Shown: positions 1 to 8,614, numbered from the stretch's first letter. The stretch is DNA of 32,000 bases from Synechococcus sp. A15-28 (GCF_014280175.1 NZ_CP047931.1:1260001-1292000), one strand, 5' to 3'. Notes: a model not told the origin generated them from the sequence alone. Numbers and translations: made by a program.

Positions 1-216
1 CCCACAGAGGAATACGAGCAGTACAAGGACGGAACCCGTTTTTTCTCGATCAAGGAGAACCTGGAAGCTTTCAGCGATGGCGAGGGAATGCAATTCATGC
101 CTTACGCCTCGGAATCCATGGCTGACTTCATGGTGTCGGTCGGATTCATTCCCGAGAAACCGGACATGAGCAACCTGTTCGATTCCAGCTTCATCAAGAA
201 GGTCGCTGACTCCTGA
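1..216 (+). CDS. ABC transporter substrate-binding protein, C-terminal fragment (nitrate/sulfonate/taurine-like)
   Basis: Open frame from base 1 (...EYEQYKDGTRFFSIKENLEAFSDGEGMQFMPYASESMADFMVSVGFIPEKPDMSNLFDSSFIKKVADS*). Its stop overlaps the permease start (TGATG). Call rests mainly on context. Confidence 0.72.
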   Translation, partial: PTEEYEQYKDGTRFFSIKENLEAFSDGEGMQFMPYASESMADFMVSVGFIPEKPDMSNLFDSSFIKKVADS

Positions 217-1043
217 TGACTGTCACGGCCGCCGCTGCCCACAAGGGGAAGAGCGCAGGGCTCCTCTCTCTGGTCACCCTGGGGGCCACCCCGTCGGGAA
301 CCGTGCGCGGCGGCCTGCAGGTCGCCTCCCTGCTTCTTCCCCTGCTGGCCTGGGCTGCTATCGCCTCACTTGGGCTGGTGGATGAGAAATTTCTGCCGTC
401 TCCAGCGGCTGTTTTCAAGTCCCTGGCCTCCATGGCCGAAAGCGGCATCCTGTTTCAGGACATCGTCGCCAGCACCGGACGCGTCTTCGCCGGATTCCTT
501 CTGGCCACGGTGCTGGCCGTACCGATCGGTATCTGCATGGGGGTTTACCCGGCGATCTGCGCTCTCTGTGAGCCTCTGATCGCCATGCTGCGCTACATGC
601 CGGCAGCCGCGTTCATCCCCCTGCTGATCATCTACCTCGGCATTGGTGAAGAACCCAAGATCGCGTTGATCTTTCTTGGCACGATCTATTTCAACATCCT
701 GATGGTGATGGATGCGGTGAAATTCGTTCCCAAGGAACTCATCGAAACCACCCTGACACTCGGCGGCCGCAGCAGTCAGGTTCTGGTGCAGGTTGTGGCG
801 CGTTACAGCTTGCCGAGCATCATCGACACCCTGCGCATCAACATCGCCACGTCCTGGAATCTCGTGGTGGTGGCTGAGCTTGTGGCAGCCGAAGTGGGTC
901 TGGGCAAACGCATTCAATTGGCCCAGCGTTTCTTCCGCACGGATCAGATCTTTGCCGAGCTGATCGTGCTTGGGCTGATCGGGTTCGCTATCGACATGGG
1001 CTTCCGACTGTTGCTTCGTCTCAGCTGTCGTTGGGCGGTCTGA
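216..1043 (+). CDS. ABC transporter permease, SsuC/TauC/NrtB type
   Basis: 275 aa, multiple TM segments, EAA-like loop 'ELIETTLTLGGRSSQVLVQVVARYSLPSIIDTLRINIATSWNLVVVAE'. Confidence 0.92.
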   Translation: MTVTAAAAHKGKSAGLLSLVTLGATPSGTVRGGLQVASLLLPLLAWAAIASLGLVDEKFLPSPAAVFKSLASMAESGILFQDIVASTGRVFAGFLLATVLAVPIGICMGVYPAICALCEPLIAMLRYMPAAAFIPLLIIYLGIGEEPKIALIFLGTIYFNILMVMDAVKFVPKELIETTLTLGGRSSQVLVQVVARYSLPSIIDTLRINIATSWNLVVVAELVAAEVGLGKRIQLAQRFFRTDQIFAELIVLGLIGFAIDMGFRLLLRLSCRWAV

Positions 1044-1045
1044 CC

Positions 1046-1801
1046 ATGGAACTGAGCGTCCATAACTTATCCAAGCGCTATGGCGACAAAACGATTCTCC
1101 AGGGCATCAATTTCTCGATGCAGTCCGGTGATTTCGTTACCTTCGTCGGCAGCTCAGGTTGTGGCAAGAGCACCCTGCTACGGCTGATTGCAGGTCTCGA
1201 TCAGCCCAGCAGCGGCAGCATCCATGTGGATGGTTCACCGGTTCAAGCGCCGGGCCCGGACCGTGGCATGGTGTTTCAGAAATACAGCCTCTATCCGTGG
1301 CTGAATGCAGCCGATAACGTCGCCTTCGGCATGCGGCTGCAAGGGTTGAAGCCAGCGGACGTGCGCGAGCGCACCGCCTACTTCCTGGAGGTGGTGGGTC
1401 TGCAGGAAGCCGCCACCAAACTCCCGCGGGAACTCTCCGGTGGCATGCAGCAACGGGTGGCCATCGCCCGAGCCTTGGCCACCAATCCAAGCGTGCTTCT
1501 CCTTGATGAACCCTTTGGTGCTCTGGACCTCCAGATTCGGGAAACCATGCAGGATTTCCTGCTCAAACTCTGGCAACGTACGGGTCTGACCGTGCTTCTG
1601 ATCACCCACGATGTGGAGGAAGCCCTCGTCCTGGCTCAACGGGTTTACGTGCTGGCACCAAACCCCGGCCGCATCATCCGCTCCCTCGACGTGAACCTGA
1701 ACAAAGGCGATCTGGACAAGCTCCGCCTCAGCGGTGAGTTCCTGCAGCTGCGCCGCAGCCTTTCAGGATCGCTGCGTCAGCTGGAATCAACCGTGGGTTG
1801 A
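1046..1801 (+). CDS. ABC transporter ATP-binding protein, SsuB/TauB/NrtD type
   Basis: Walker A 'GSSGCGKST', signature 'LSGGMQQRVAIARAL', Walker B 'LLLDEPFGALD'. Start taken at MELSVHNLSKRYG, downstream of the track start at 1031. Confidence 0.93.
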   Translation: MELSVHNLSKRYGDKTILQGINFSMQSGDFVTFVGSSGCGKSTLLRLIAGLDQPSSGSIHVDGSPVQAPGPDRGMVFQKYSLYPWLNAADNVAFGMRLQGLKPADVRERTAYFLEVVGLQEAATKLPRELSGGMQQRVAIARALATNPSVLLLDEPFGALDLQIRETMQDFLLKLWQRTGLTVLLITHDVEEALVLAQRVYVLAPNPGRIIRSLDVNLNKGDLDKLRLSGEFLQLRRSLSGSLRQLESTVG

Positions 1802-2826
1802 TGGCGCCAAACGAATTTCTGCCTTCGCACATCTACTGCACGGAGACATCACATCGTTGGGATCGAAGCCAATACGCCGGTCACTGGTGGCATCCTGTCG
1901 GCAGCGCCTGGGATCTCCAACCAGGGCACAGCCTGGCGGTCCAGCTGCTGGGGCAACAGCTGCTGCTGACGCGACCAGATGAAGGCCCGCCAATGGCCTT
2001 CCGCAACCGTTGCCCCCATCGGGGTGTTGCATTCGCCATTGACGGCCGTATCCCAACCCGGTGTCGACGTCTGATCTGCCCTTATCACGGCTGGACCTAC
2101 AACCTCCGAGGCGAGCTTCTTGCTGCAGCGAGGGAACAAACCATGCTCACGGGATTCGAGCGCAGTGAGTGGAATCTCGAGCCTTTGCCCTGCCAAGTGG
2201 ATGGTCCATTGATCTGGGTGGCCTTGAACTCGTCTGCTGTTCCGATCAATCAGCAGCTGAGGCAATTACATCAGGAGGTCGATCAAGCCTGGAGGAAGCC
2301 GCTGGTTCAGGTGGGAAGTGACAGTCAGCTGCTGAAATGCAACTGGAAAATCGCCCACGACAACACCCTCGACGACTATCACGTCGCCATTGCCCATCCA
2401 ACGACGTTGCATCGTGAGCAGGGCCCCGTACGCCATTACACCCACCGCTTCAGTGAATTCAGCAACCTGCTGGTGACCCCCCATCCCGACGGTGGTGAGT
2501 TCTTCACCTTCGGGATTCCGCCATGGACTCATGTTCTGGTCTGGCCGGATGAGCGCATCGTCCTTCTGGAGTTTCTGCCTGAACAAGCCACCAGCTGTCG
2601 AATGCAGATGCGCCTGTTTGCTCCACCGGAATCCCTCTCCACGATTCATGCCGACCAATGGCTCGCCGACATGAGGTCCTTTCTGAACGAAGACCGCGTC
2701 TTGGTGGAATCAGCCCAACTGGGTTACAGCACAGGACTCAAGCCCGGTCCTGCCCACAGGCTGGAGCGGCGGATTCTCCATTGGCAGGCGATCTATCGAT
2801 CGCTCAACCCTTCAGCTCTTGCCTGA
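1801..2826 (+). CDS. Rieske [2Fe-2S] non-heme iron oxygenase (ring-hydroxylating / demethylating oxygenase alpha-subunit-like)
   Basis: Rieske motif 'CPHRG...CPYHGWTY' and mononuclear iron motif 'NWKIAHDNTLDDYHVAIAH'. ATG overlaps the ATPase stop. Confidence 0.9.
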   Translation: MAPNEFLPSHIYCTETSHRWDRSQYAGHWWHPVGSAWDLQPGHSLAVQLLGQQLLLTRPDEGPPMAFRNRCPHRGVAFAIDGRIPTRCRRLICPYHGWTYNLRGELLAAAREQTMLTGFERSEWNLEPLPCQVDGPLIWVALNSSAVPINQQLRQLHQEVDQAWRKPLVQVGSDSQLLKCNWKIAHDNTLDDYHVAIAHPTTLHREQGPVRHYTHRFSEFSNLLVTPHPDGGEFFTFGIPPWTHVLVWPDERIVLLEFLPEQATSCRMQMRLFAPPESLSTIHADQWLADMRSFLNEDRVLVESAQLGYSTGLKPGPAHRLERRILHWQAIYRSLNPSALA

Positions 2827-3634
2827 GCCAGGTGGCCATCTGCCGGTTGAGGGTCTCGACATCAGCCACCGGTTCAGCACTGAAGGGCTTGAGCGGCATG
2901 TAGGCATCAGGCCCGAATTCCGGAGTGACAGTGATGGCAGCCTCCCCAGGATCATGTGACTCCAGGAACAATTGCCAGCAGGAGCGATGGGCCTCCAAGG
3001 CTTCGGCCCACTCCGGTGCGAAAGGGTGACTGACAGACGGACCCTGGGCATGACCCACCCGCGCGTGAATGTGGTCAACCCGTCTGGCCATGGCCTGCAC
3101 CGGTGGCAGATCAGGGGTCATCAACCGCTCGGCAACACAACACCAATGGCTTAGGTCAGCCGTGAGCCGCATCCTGGGATGACGCTCCAGCCACAACGGC
3201 ATGGCCCAGGGGTTGGCCAGGCTGCGGCTGCGATGGGTTTCCAACATCACGGCACAGGGAACGGTGTCGATGCGATCGAGTACGTCCTCGAAAAAACCAT
3301 GCTGTGTGGTCTCCGACCAGCTGTCGCTGCCGATGATCAGATTGATCTTGAGCGGTTCAAGGGCAAGGGCACGACCCAGCAAATTTTCAAGCTGTTGGAG
3401 ATGCCGTTGGGGACCATCGGCCAGATCCGGGGTGTAGTCGCCACCAGTGGTGATCTCCAGAATCAGCACCAGCCCATGAGCGCTGAGCAACTGCCGAACC
3501 TCCGCTGCATCCAACCCCTGCAGGCAGGGATGCATCACATTGCATTCGAGACCATCAAATCCATGGGTTGAGGCCTGCTCGGCTGCAGACCGAAGCGATT
3601 CAGACCAGCCCCAGAGGGATTGCAGTACCAACAC
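2804..3634 (-). CDS. Sugar phosphate isomerase/epimerase-like TIM barrel (AP endonuclease 2 superfamily)
   Basis: 'ASTHGFDGLECN', 'VMLETHRSRSLANPW', 'LTADLSHWC', 'HIHARVGHAQGPSV', 'ITVTPEFGP'. Start uncertain; GTG near 3634 preferred over the track start at 3718. Confidence 0.82.
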   Translation of the reverse strand: MLVLQSLWGWSESLRSAAEQASTHGFDGLECNVMHPCLQGLDAAEVRQLLSAHGLVLILEITTGGDYTPDLADGPQRHLQQLENLLGRALALEPLKINLIIGSDSWSETTQHGFFEDVLDRIDTVPCAVMLETHRSRSLANPWAMPLWLERHPRMRLTADLSHWCCVAERLMTPDLPPVQAMARRVDHIHARVGHAQGPSVSHPFAPEWAEALEAHRSCWQLFLESHDPGEAAITVTPEFGPDAYMPLKPFSAEPVADVETLNRQMATWLRQELKG

Positions 3635-3638
3635 GACG

Positions 3639-3767
3639 TCAGTGCTCGTCGGTGAACAGGTGCGGTTGGATGCCGAGATAGATGGCCTCTCGAAACAACG
3701 CCCGTTTCGCTTTGGCATCGCTGCGCTTCTGAGCCTCGCTGAAGCGGATCTGCAGGGAGAAGATCAT
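3639..3767 (-). CDS. Small hypothetical protein (42 aa)
   Basis: Complete ORF MIFSLQIRFSEAQKRSDAKAKRALFREAIYLGIQPHLFTDEH*, immediately upstream of the isomerase-like gene; not in the supplied track. Confidence 0.4.
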   Translation of the reverse strand: MIFSLQIRFSEAQKRSDAKAKRALFREAIYLGIQPHLFTDEH

Positions 3768-3857
3768 CGTCCTCCTTCTGGCATCAGGGCGGTCTGCGCT
3801 GTCCAAGGTAGGCCTGATTCTCCCGCAATTATGAGGAGAGATCCGGTGTCGAAGCGA

Positions 3858-3968
3858 TCAAGGCTCCGGCTGCTTCTGCTTCCACCTCTCAAAAAGCACC
3901 GCCACCGCCAGGGAAATGGCGACGGCGATGCCGGCACCGATGCACACCACCCCGAACTCCACCGGCAT
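3858..3968 (-). CDS. Small single-TM hypothetical protein (36 aa)
   Basis: MPVEFGVVCIGAGIAVAISLAVAVLFERWKQKQPEP*: hydrophobic helix with basic tail; not in track. Confidence 0.35.
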   Translation of the reverse strand: MPVEFGVVCIGAGIAVAISLAVAVLFERWKQKQPEP

Positions 3969-4007
3969 CAATCCATTGCCATCGCCAAGCCATCATCGTT
4001 GAAGGCA

Positions 4008-4715
4008 TCAGCTCACCAACCGCTGGTAGGCCTCGTTCACCCGCCGAAACGCCTCGGCCGATCCGCCCATGTCCGGATGGTGCTGCTTCACCAGACGACG
4101 GTGGGCTCGCTTGATCGCCTCAGCGGACGCCCCGACCTTCAGACCGAGCACCGCCAGGGCATCAGCGCAGGAATCACCGGCGGGACGACGGGAACCTCGC
4201 AGACGTTGGCGTAACTCCTCCACCACGCGGCGAGGATCTTCATCCAGCCATTCACTGGCCCGGACGCCATAGAGGGCAAAGGCCGCCAGGACAGTGAGGT
4301 CCCCCAGCGATGGCGGCTGGGCCACCGCCGCCAGCAGATCGGTCCCGAGACCAGCCACCAACCGGTCCAGCCGTTGCTGCAGATTGAGATTCGCGGGGAA
4401 GCCGCGCCGATTGAGCTTCTCGATCAAGGCCTCCAGACCAGCCTGATCAAGCCCGTTCCAGCCGGGTTGCTGGGCTAGTGCCTCCCCCCAGCGCTGCACC
4501 TGCACCCGACGAATCAGGTTCATGGTCGGTTCAGGTCGGGGGCGCTGCTGCCGCCGCAATCGCTCCAGCTCCCGTCGCGTCCGCTGCAGCTCTCGCCGCA
4601 GCGCATCGTTCTCCGCCAGCAAGGCCTCGACGTTGGAGGTCACCCGCTGATCACGGCTGAAGGTCGCGGACTCCTCCGGTGGGCTGCCGGTCCATTGACG
4701 GGGATCAAAACCCAC
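4008..4715 (-). CDS. J-domain (DnaJ-like) protein
   Basis: C-terminal 'EAIKRAHRRLVKQHHPDMGGSAEAFRRVNEAYQRLVS' with HPD motif; N-terminal coiled-coil-like 'NDALRRELQRTRRELERLRR'. Confidence 0.85.
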   Translation of the reverse strand: MGFDPRQWTGSPPEESATFSRDQRVTSNVEALLAENDALRRELQRTRRELERLRRQQRPRPEPTMNLIRRVQVQRWGEALAQQPGWNGLDQAGLEALIEKLNRRGFPANLNLQQRLDRLVAGLGTDLLAAVAQPPSLGDLTVLAAFALYGVRASEWLDEDPRRVVEELRQRLRGSRRPAGDSCADALAVLGLKVGASAEAIKRAHRRLVKQHHPDMGGSAEAFRRVNEAYQRLVS

Positions 4716-4733
4716 AGCACCCCTCAGATCGAC

Positions 4734-5399
4734 TCACCATGGCAGCACCTGGCCGTTGGCATGCCAGAAGCCGCCACTGGTTTCCAACTTCAACGCTTCG
4801 ATTCGGGCCAGAAGGCCCTGAACGGCGTCCGCCGGATCAATGCCGTTGGGGTTGAAGCGGATCATGCCGGTGCGCACCAGTCCGGGGTGCAGGATCGCCA
4901 CGGCGATCCCCCGAGGCCTCAGATCGATTGCCAATGATTTACCGGCAATGTTCAAGGCCACCTTGGACATCCGGTAGCCGTAGGAGCCCCCCGAGGTGTT
5001 GTCGTCGATCGACCCCATGCGACTGGTCATCAGAACCAGCTTGCTGCCGCGCGGCATCTGCGGCACCAGGGCGCGGGCCAACAGCAAAGGGGCCAAGGCA
5101 TTCACCTCGAACTGACGTCGAATGGCCTCCGGGTCCAGATCATCCAGTCCCATGGAGTGCAGGATGCCGGCATTGAGAATCACACCGTCGAGGGGACACC
5201 CCGCCAGACGGCGCACCAGTTCCGCGATCGATGATTCCTCACTGAGTTCGATGCCGGCTTCGATCCGCACCCCCAACGACTCCAGCTCAGGGCTGACCGT
5301 TCGGCAGACGGCAATCACCGCATCACCACGGGCCTGAAGTTGCCGGCAGTAGGCCAGTCCGATGCCGCGGTTGGCCCCTGTCACGAGGTACGTCGTCAT
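4734..5399 (-). CDS. Short-chain dehydrogenase/reductase (SDR)
   Basis: 'VTGANRGIGLAYCRQL', 'VILNAG', 'YGYRMSKVALN' (YxxxK). Confidence 0.9.
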   Translation of the reverse strand: MTTYLVTGANRGIGLAYCRQLQARGDAVIAVCRTVSPELESLGVRIEAGIELSEESSIAELVRRLAGCPLDGVILNAGILHSMGLDDLDPEAIRRQFEVNALAPLLLARALVPQMPRGSKLVLMTSRMGSIDDNTSGGSYGYRMSKVALNIAGKSLAIDLRPRGIAVAILHPGLVRTGMIRFNPNGIDPADAVQGLLARIEALKLETSGGFWHANGQVLPW

Positions 5400-5427
5400 C
5401 CGGTGTTGGAGTTTCAGCCGTGTCTAG

Positions 5428-5628
5428 CCTGAAGCTGAACTCCGGGTCGAGGCCCAGGCGAGACATCTCATTGGCCACATTGCAGAGCTCGAATCGCGGT
5501 TAGCTCACCCGCAGCACTGGACCGAAGGGGAAAACACCAAAAACACGGAGAAACTGAGGCAACTTAGGTTCGAGCTGCGTCGACGACAGGCACTGGGTGA
5601 GCAGGACCCTCTGGAGGAGGCCCCCTGA
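5428..5628 (+). pseudogene. Coding-like open frame without ATG/GTG/TTG start (66 codons before stop)
   Basis: Frame reads PEAELRVEAQARHLIGHIAELESRLAHPQHWTEGENTKNTEKLRQLRFELRRRQALGEQDPLEEAP*, directly after an in-frame TAG at 5425-5427. A GTG in another frame lies at about 5420. Confidence 0.33.
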
Positions 5629-5638
5629 CCTTCCGGCT

Positions 5639-5866
5639 TCAGTGATAGCGACCGGGATATTCCCCCGGATGATCAACGCGTGTGACGCGAACCCCTGCTT
5701 CGTGCTGGCCATCGAGCAGCAGCAGGTCACTGCCCGACACGGCATAACCGAGCTCCTGGGCCAGCATCGCCACCTCATCAGCCGTGATCGCGGCCTGCAC
5801 CTGAGCCTGAAGCCGTGGATCGCGGCTCAGATGCTGAAGAAACGCTTGCACCGGTGACGACGCCAT
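5639..5866 (-). CDS. Nif11-like leader-domain protein
   Basis: MASSPVQAFLQHLSRDPRLQAQVQAAITADEVAMLAQELGYAVSGSDLLLL...: matches the Nif11/nitrile-hydratase-like leader pattern. Start placed at internal Met. Confidence 0.72.
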   Translation of the reverse strand: MASSPVQAFLQHLSRDPRLQAQVQAAITADEVAMLAQELGYAVSGSDLLLLDGQHEAGVRVTRVDHPGEYPGRYH

Positions 5867-5982
5867 GGCGCAGGTCTGCAGGAGAGCAATATTTTCGCCC
5901 AGCAGAGTGATTTCGATCTGCAAATCAGTTCCGGACGGATGTCCCCCTGACGCCGTAGATCGTTCGGAGCCGCGCTCCATCG

Positions 5983-6147
5983 ATGGACGCCATCAGCCGC
6001 ATCTGCGCCACCTCCAAGGGATCAACCATTGATGCCATTGGCCATGGTCGTTATCGGGTCTGCAACCGCAACGCCATCTGCTCCGAGGTGGAAGGTCTCT
6101 GGCAGGCCTACGAAATACTGCGCCAACAGGAACAACAGCTGTCCTGA
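5983..6147 (+). CDS. Small hypothetical protein (54 aa)
   Basis: MDAISRICATSKGSTIDAIGHGRYRVCNRNAICSEVEGLWQAYEILRQQEQQLS*; not in track. Confidence 0.42.
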   Translation: MDAISRICATSKGSTIDAIGHGRYRVCNRNAICSEVEGLWQAYEILRQQEQQLS

Positions 6148-6249
6148 TCACGAATCGGCATCGACCTGTAAAGCGATCCCGAAGAGATCTGCACAGATCA
6201 GGAGCAAAGGCTTCACCGCCACGAGCGTGAAGCCTGCGGCACGAATGCC

Positions 6250-6456
6250 ATGTTCATCATTGAAGGTCTCACCGACAACGGCTGGAGTTTCGAAGCCCGC
6301 CACGACAGTCGCGACAATGCCTTCTGGCATGCCCGCGCCAAAAGTGATGCCACCGGCCGCACCTTTCGTTTAATCAGTCAGGACCAACAGATGGTCTGCC
6401 TTTTGACGTCAAAGGGTTCGGAATGCTGGGCCATGGAGTCGGACTTGGTCGCCTGA
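6250..6456 (+). CDS. Hypothetical protein (68 aa)
   Basis: MFIIEGLTDNGWSFEARHDSRDNAFWHARAKSDATGRTFRLISQDQQMVCLLTSKGSECWAMESDLVA*. Confidence 0.5.
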   Translation: MFIIEGLTDNGWSFEARHDSRDNAFWHARAKSDATGRTFRLISQDQQMVCLLTSKGSECWAMESDLVA

Positions 6457-6553
6457 CCCAATCAACTCCGGATAAGTAACAACACTTACAGCCCCAACCA
6501 AGCCTGTCGGTAACACTGTGAACACCCCGGTGAGGGGTATGCGTCGATTGACG

Positions 6554-6580
6554 GGAGGGCCTGGGAACCCCTCCTTTTTT
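6554..6580 (+). terminator. Rho-independent terminator
   Basis: GGAGGG - CCTGGGAAC - CCCTCC followed by TTTTTT, downstream of the 6250..6456 CDS. Confidence 0.7.
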
Positions 6581-6637
6581 GTGCCTGAAGCTGGAAATCA
6601 GCGCTATGGATTGAGCTCCCCTTGGCGCCTCGGCCCG

Positions 6638-8140
6638 ATGTCCGACCTTCCGCCCATCTGCGGCCGTGAAGCTGAGCTGATGCAGCTGATGCAGCAACAG
6701 CCACCGCTCTGGCGTGACCACAGCAACCTTGATCTGCGTGCCATCCGCTCGGGATTCGCCTGTGCGCTGCACATGCATCAACCCACCATTCCTGCAGGAG
6801 CGAATGGCGCCCTGATCTCCCATCTCCAGTACATGGCGGAGCATCAGGGGGAGGGAGACAACCACAACGCTGAACCCTTCGCCCAGTGCTATCGCCGTCT
6901 CGCGGATCTGATCCCTGATCTCATCAGCCAGGGCTGCAACCCGCGAATCATGCTCGATTACTCGGGAAACCTGCTCTGGGGCGTGGGGCAGATGGGCCGT
7001 GAGGACATCACCGGAGCCCTGAACCATCTCGCCTGCGATCCCGAGATGCAGCGCCATGTGGAGTGGCTGGGAACCTTCTGGAGTCATGCCGTGGCTCCAT
7101 CCACGCCGATTCCCGATCTGAAGCTGCAGATCATCGCGTGGCAGCACCAGTTCGCGGAGATGTTCGGGGATGACGCGTTGCAGCGGGTGAGGGGTTTCTC
7201 ACCACCGGAGATGCATCTCCCCAACCATCCCGACACGCTCTACCAGTTCATCCTGGCCCTGAAGCAGTGCGGCTACCGGTGGCTGCTGGTGCAGGAACAC
7301 AGTGTTGAAACCCTTGAAGGGAGGGCTTTGCCACAGGAGCAGAAATACGTGCCGAACCGGCTGATGGCACGCAACAGTGCCGGGGAGACCATCGGCATCA
7401 CGGCCCTGATCAAAACCCAGGGCTCCGACACCAAACTCGTTGGCCAGATGCAACCTTGCTACGAGGCGATGGGGCTGGAACGCACAACGCTGGCGGGGCA
7501 GGAGATTCCCCCGCTGGTGAGCCAGATCGCCGACGGCGAAAACGGTGGCGTGATGATGAATGAATTCCCGCCCGCCTACCGCCAGGCCAACGAACGCATC
7601 CGGGGGGAGGGCAACGGCACCGCGGCCATCAACGGCACGGAATACCTGGAGTTGTTGGAGGCTGCAGGCATCACCAGCGAGGCGTTTCCCCCCATACAGG
7701 CGGTGCATCAGCAGAGGCTTTGGCAGGCCGTCGGCGACGCGATCAACCCGGAGACGGTCGAATCAGCCATTCAAAAGCTGGAGTCAGCCGGGGATGGTTT
7801 CTCGATGGAGGGGGCGTCCTGGACCAGCAACCTCAGCTGGGTCGCTGGTTACGACAACGTGCTCGAACCCATGAACGACCTGAGCGCTCGCTTCCATCAG
7901 CATTTCGATGCTGCGGTCGAGGACGATCCAGCCCTGACGGGCAGTCGCCGCTACCAAGACGCCCTGCTGCACCTGCTGTTGCTGGAGACCAGCTGCTTTC
8001 GCTACTGGGGGCAAGGCGTCTGGACCGACTACGCCAGAACGCTTTTTCGTCGTGGGGAGATTTTGTTGCAGCGGATGCCCCACGACAGTCCAGAGACGGC
8101 AGACTCCACAGACAATGACCCTCTGAAGAATCCCAGATGA
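6638..8140 (+). CDS. Glycoside hydrolase family 57-like protein
   Basis: 'FACALHMHQPTIPAG', 'RIMLDYSGNLLWGVGQMG', 'FSPPEMHLPNHPDTLYQFILALKQCGYRWLLVQEHSVE'. Start moved to MSDLPPICG because the track start at 6518 lies upstream of the predicted terminator. Confidence 0.86.
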   Translation: MSDLPPICGREAELMQLMQQQPPLWRDHSNLDLRAIRSGFACALHMHQPTIPAGANGALISHLQYMAEHQGEGDNHNAEPFAQCYRRLADLIPDLISQGCNPRIMLDYSGNLLWGVGQMGREDITGALNHLACDPEMQRHVEWLGTFWSHAVAPSTPIPDLKLQIIAWQHQFAEMFGDDALQRVRGFSPPEMHLPNHPDTLYQFILALKQCGYRWLLVQEHSVETLEGRALPQEQKYVPNRLMARNSAGETIGITALIKTQGSDTKLVGQMQPCYEAMGLERTTLAGQEIPPLVSQIADGENGGVMMNEFPPAYRQANERIRGEGNGTAAINGTEYLELLEAAGITSEAFPPIQAVHQQRLWQAVGDAINPETVESAIQKLESAGDGFSMEGASWTSNLSWVAGYDNVLEPMNDLSARFHQHFDAAVEDDPALTGSRRYQDALLHLLLLETSCFRYWGQGVWTDYARTLFRRGEILLQRMPHDSPETADSTDNDPLKNPR

Positions 8141-8310
8141 CCTATGAACCGGGCAGCGCGGAATGCCGTGTGTTGATCCGCAGCAAAGAGCAGATCGAAA
8201 CCATGCTGCTGGATTTGGGCAAATTGGATGGCACAGACCTGCTGTTGCAGCAGCTCCGCCAGGTGCACAGTCAACTGGAGGACCTTCACGACCTGCGTCG
8301 GGCCTCCTGA
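8137..8310 (+). CDS. Small hypothetical protein (57 aa), overlapping start with GH57 stop
   Basis: ATGA overlap with the preceding stop. MTYEPGSAECRVLIRSKEQIETMLLDLGKLDGTDLLLQQLRQVHSQLEDLHDLRRAS*. Confidence 0.48.
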   Translation: MTYEPGSAECRVLIRSKEQIETMLLDLGKLDGTDLLLQQLRQVHSQLEDLHDLRRAS

Positions 8311-8378
8311 TCAATCATGAGAACGGGCGTTCACATCCCGTTACACTCCGCTAGTCTGATCGCAGAAGGCTTCATTTC

Positions 8379-8501
8379 ATGGGCGACTACTCCACCGCCA
8401 TCGTCGCCACCCTCGTCGTGACGGTCGTGCTGACCGGTGCGACTGTGTTTGCGTTGATGCAGCCATCGGACCTGCCCGTGACGAAACGGGACGAGGATTA
8501 A
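8379..8501 (+). CDS. Small single-TM protein (40 aa)
   Basis: MGDYSTAIVATLVVTVVLTGATVFALMQPSDLPVTKRDED*; not in track. Confidence 0.48.
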   Translation: MGDYSTAIVATLVVTVVLTGATVFALMQPSDLPVTKRDED

Positions 8502-8505
8502 TTCA

Positions 8506-8604
8506 ATGGAATTGATCAGTGAGTTGATGATTGCCGTAGCGGATATCACCGTTGCCTTGATTGTTGCTGTGTCATTGCCATCAGGAAGAGCAAACAAAGT
8601 CTGA
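8506..8604 (+). CDS. Possible micro-ORF (32 aa)
   Basis: MELISELMIAVADITVALIVAVSLPSGRANKV*, 4 bp after the previous small membrane ORF. Confidence 0.2.
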   Translation: MELISELMIAVADITVALIVAVSLPSGRANKV

Positions 8605-8614
8605 ATTCTCACCG

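Noticed and set aside
6518-6637. Upstream extension of the GH57 gene proposed by the track
   Set aside because: Contains a hairpin plus T-run terminator; MSDLPPICG at 6638 is a better start.
6374-7147. 257-aa minus-strand ORF over the start of GH57
   Set aside because: Antisense to a convincing GH57 N-terminus and spans a plus-strand terminator.
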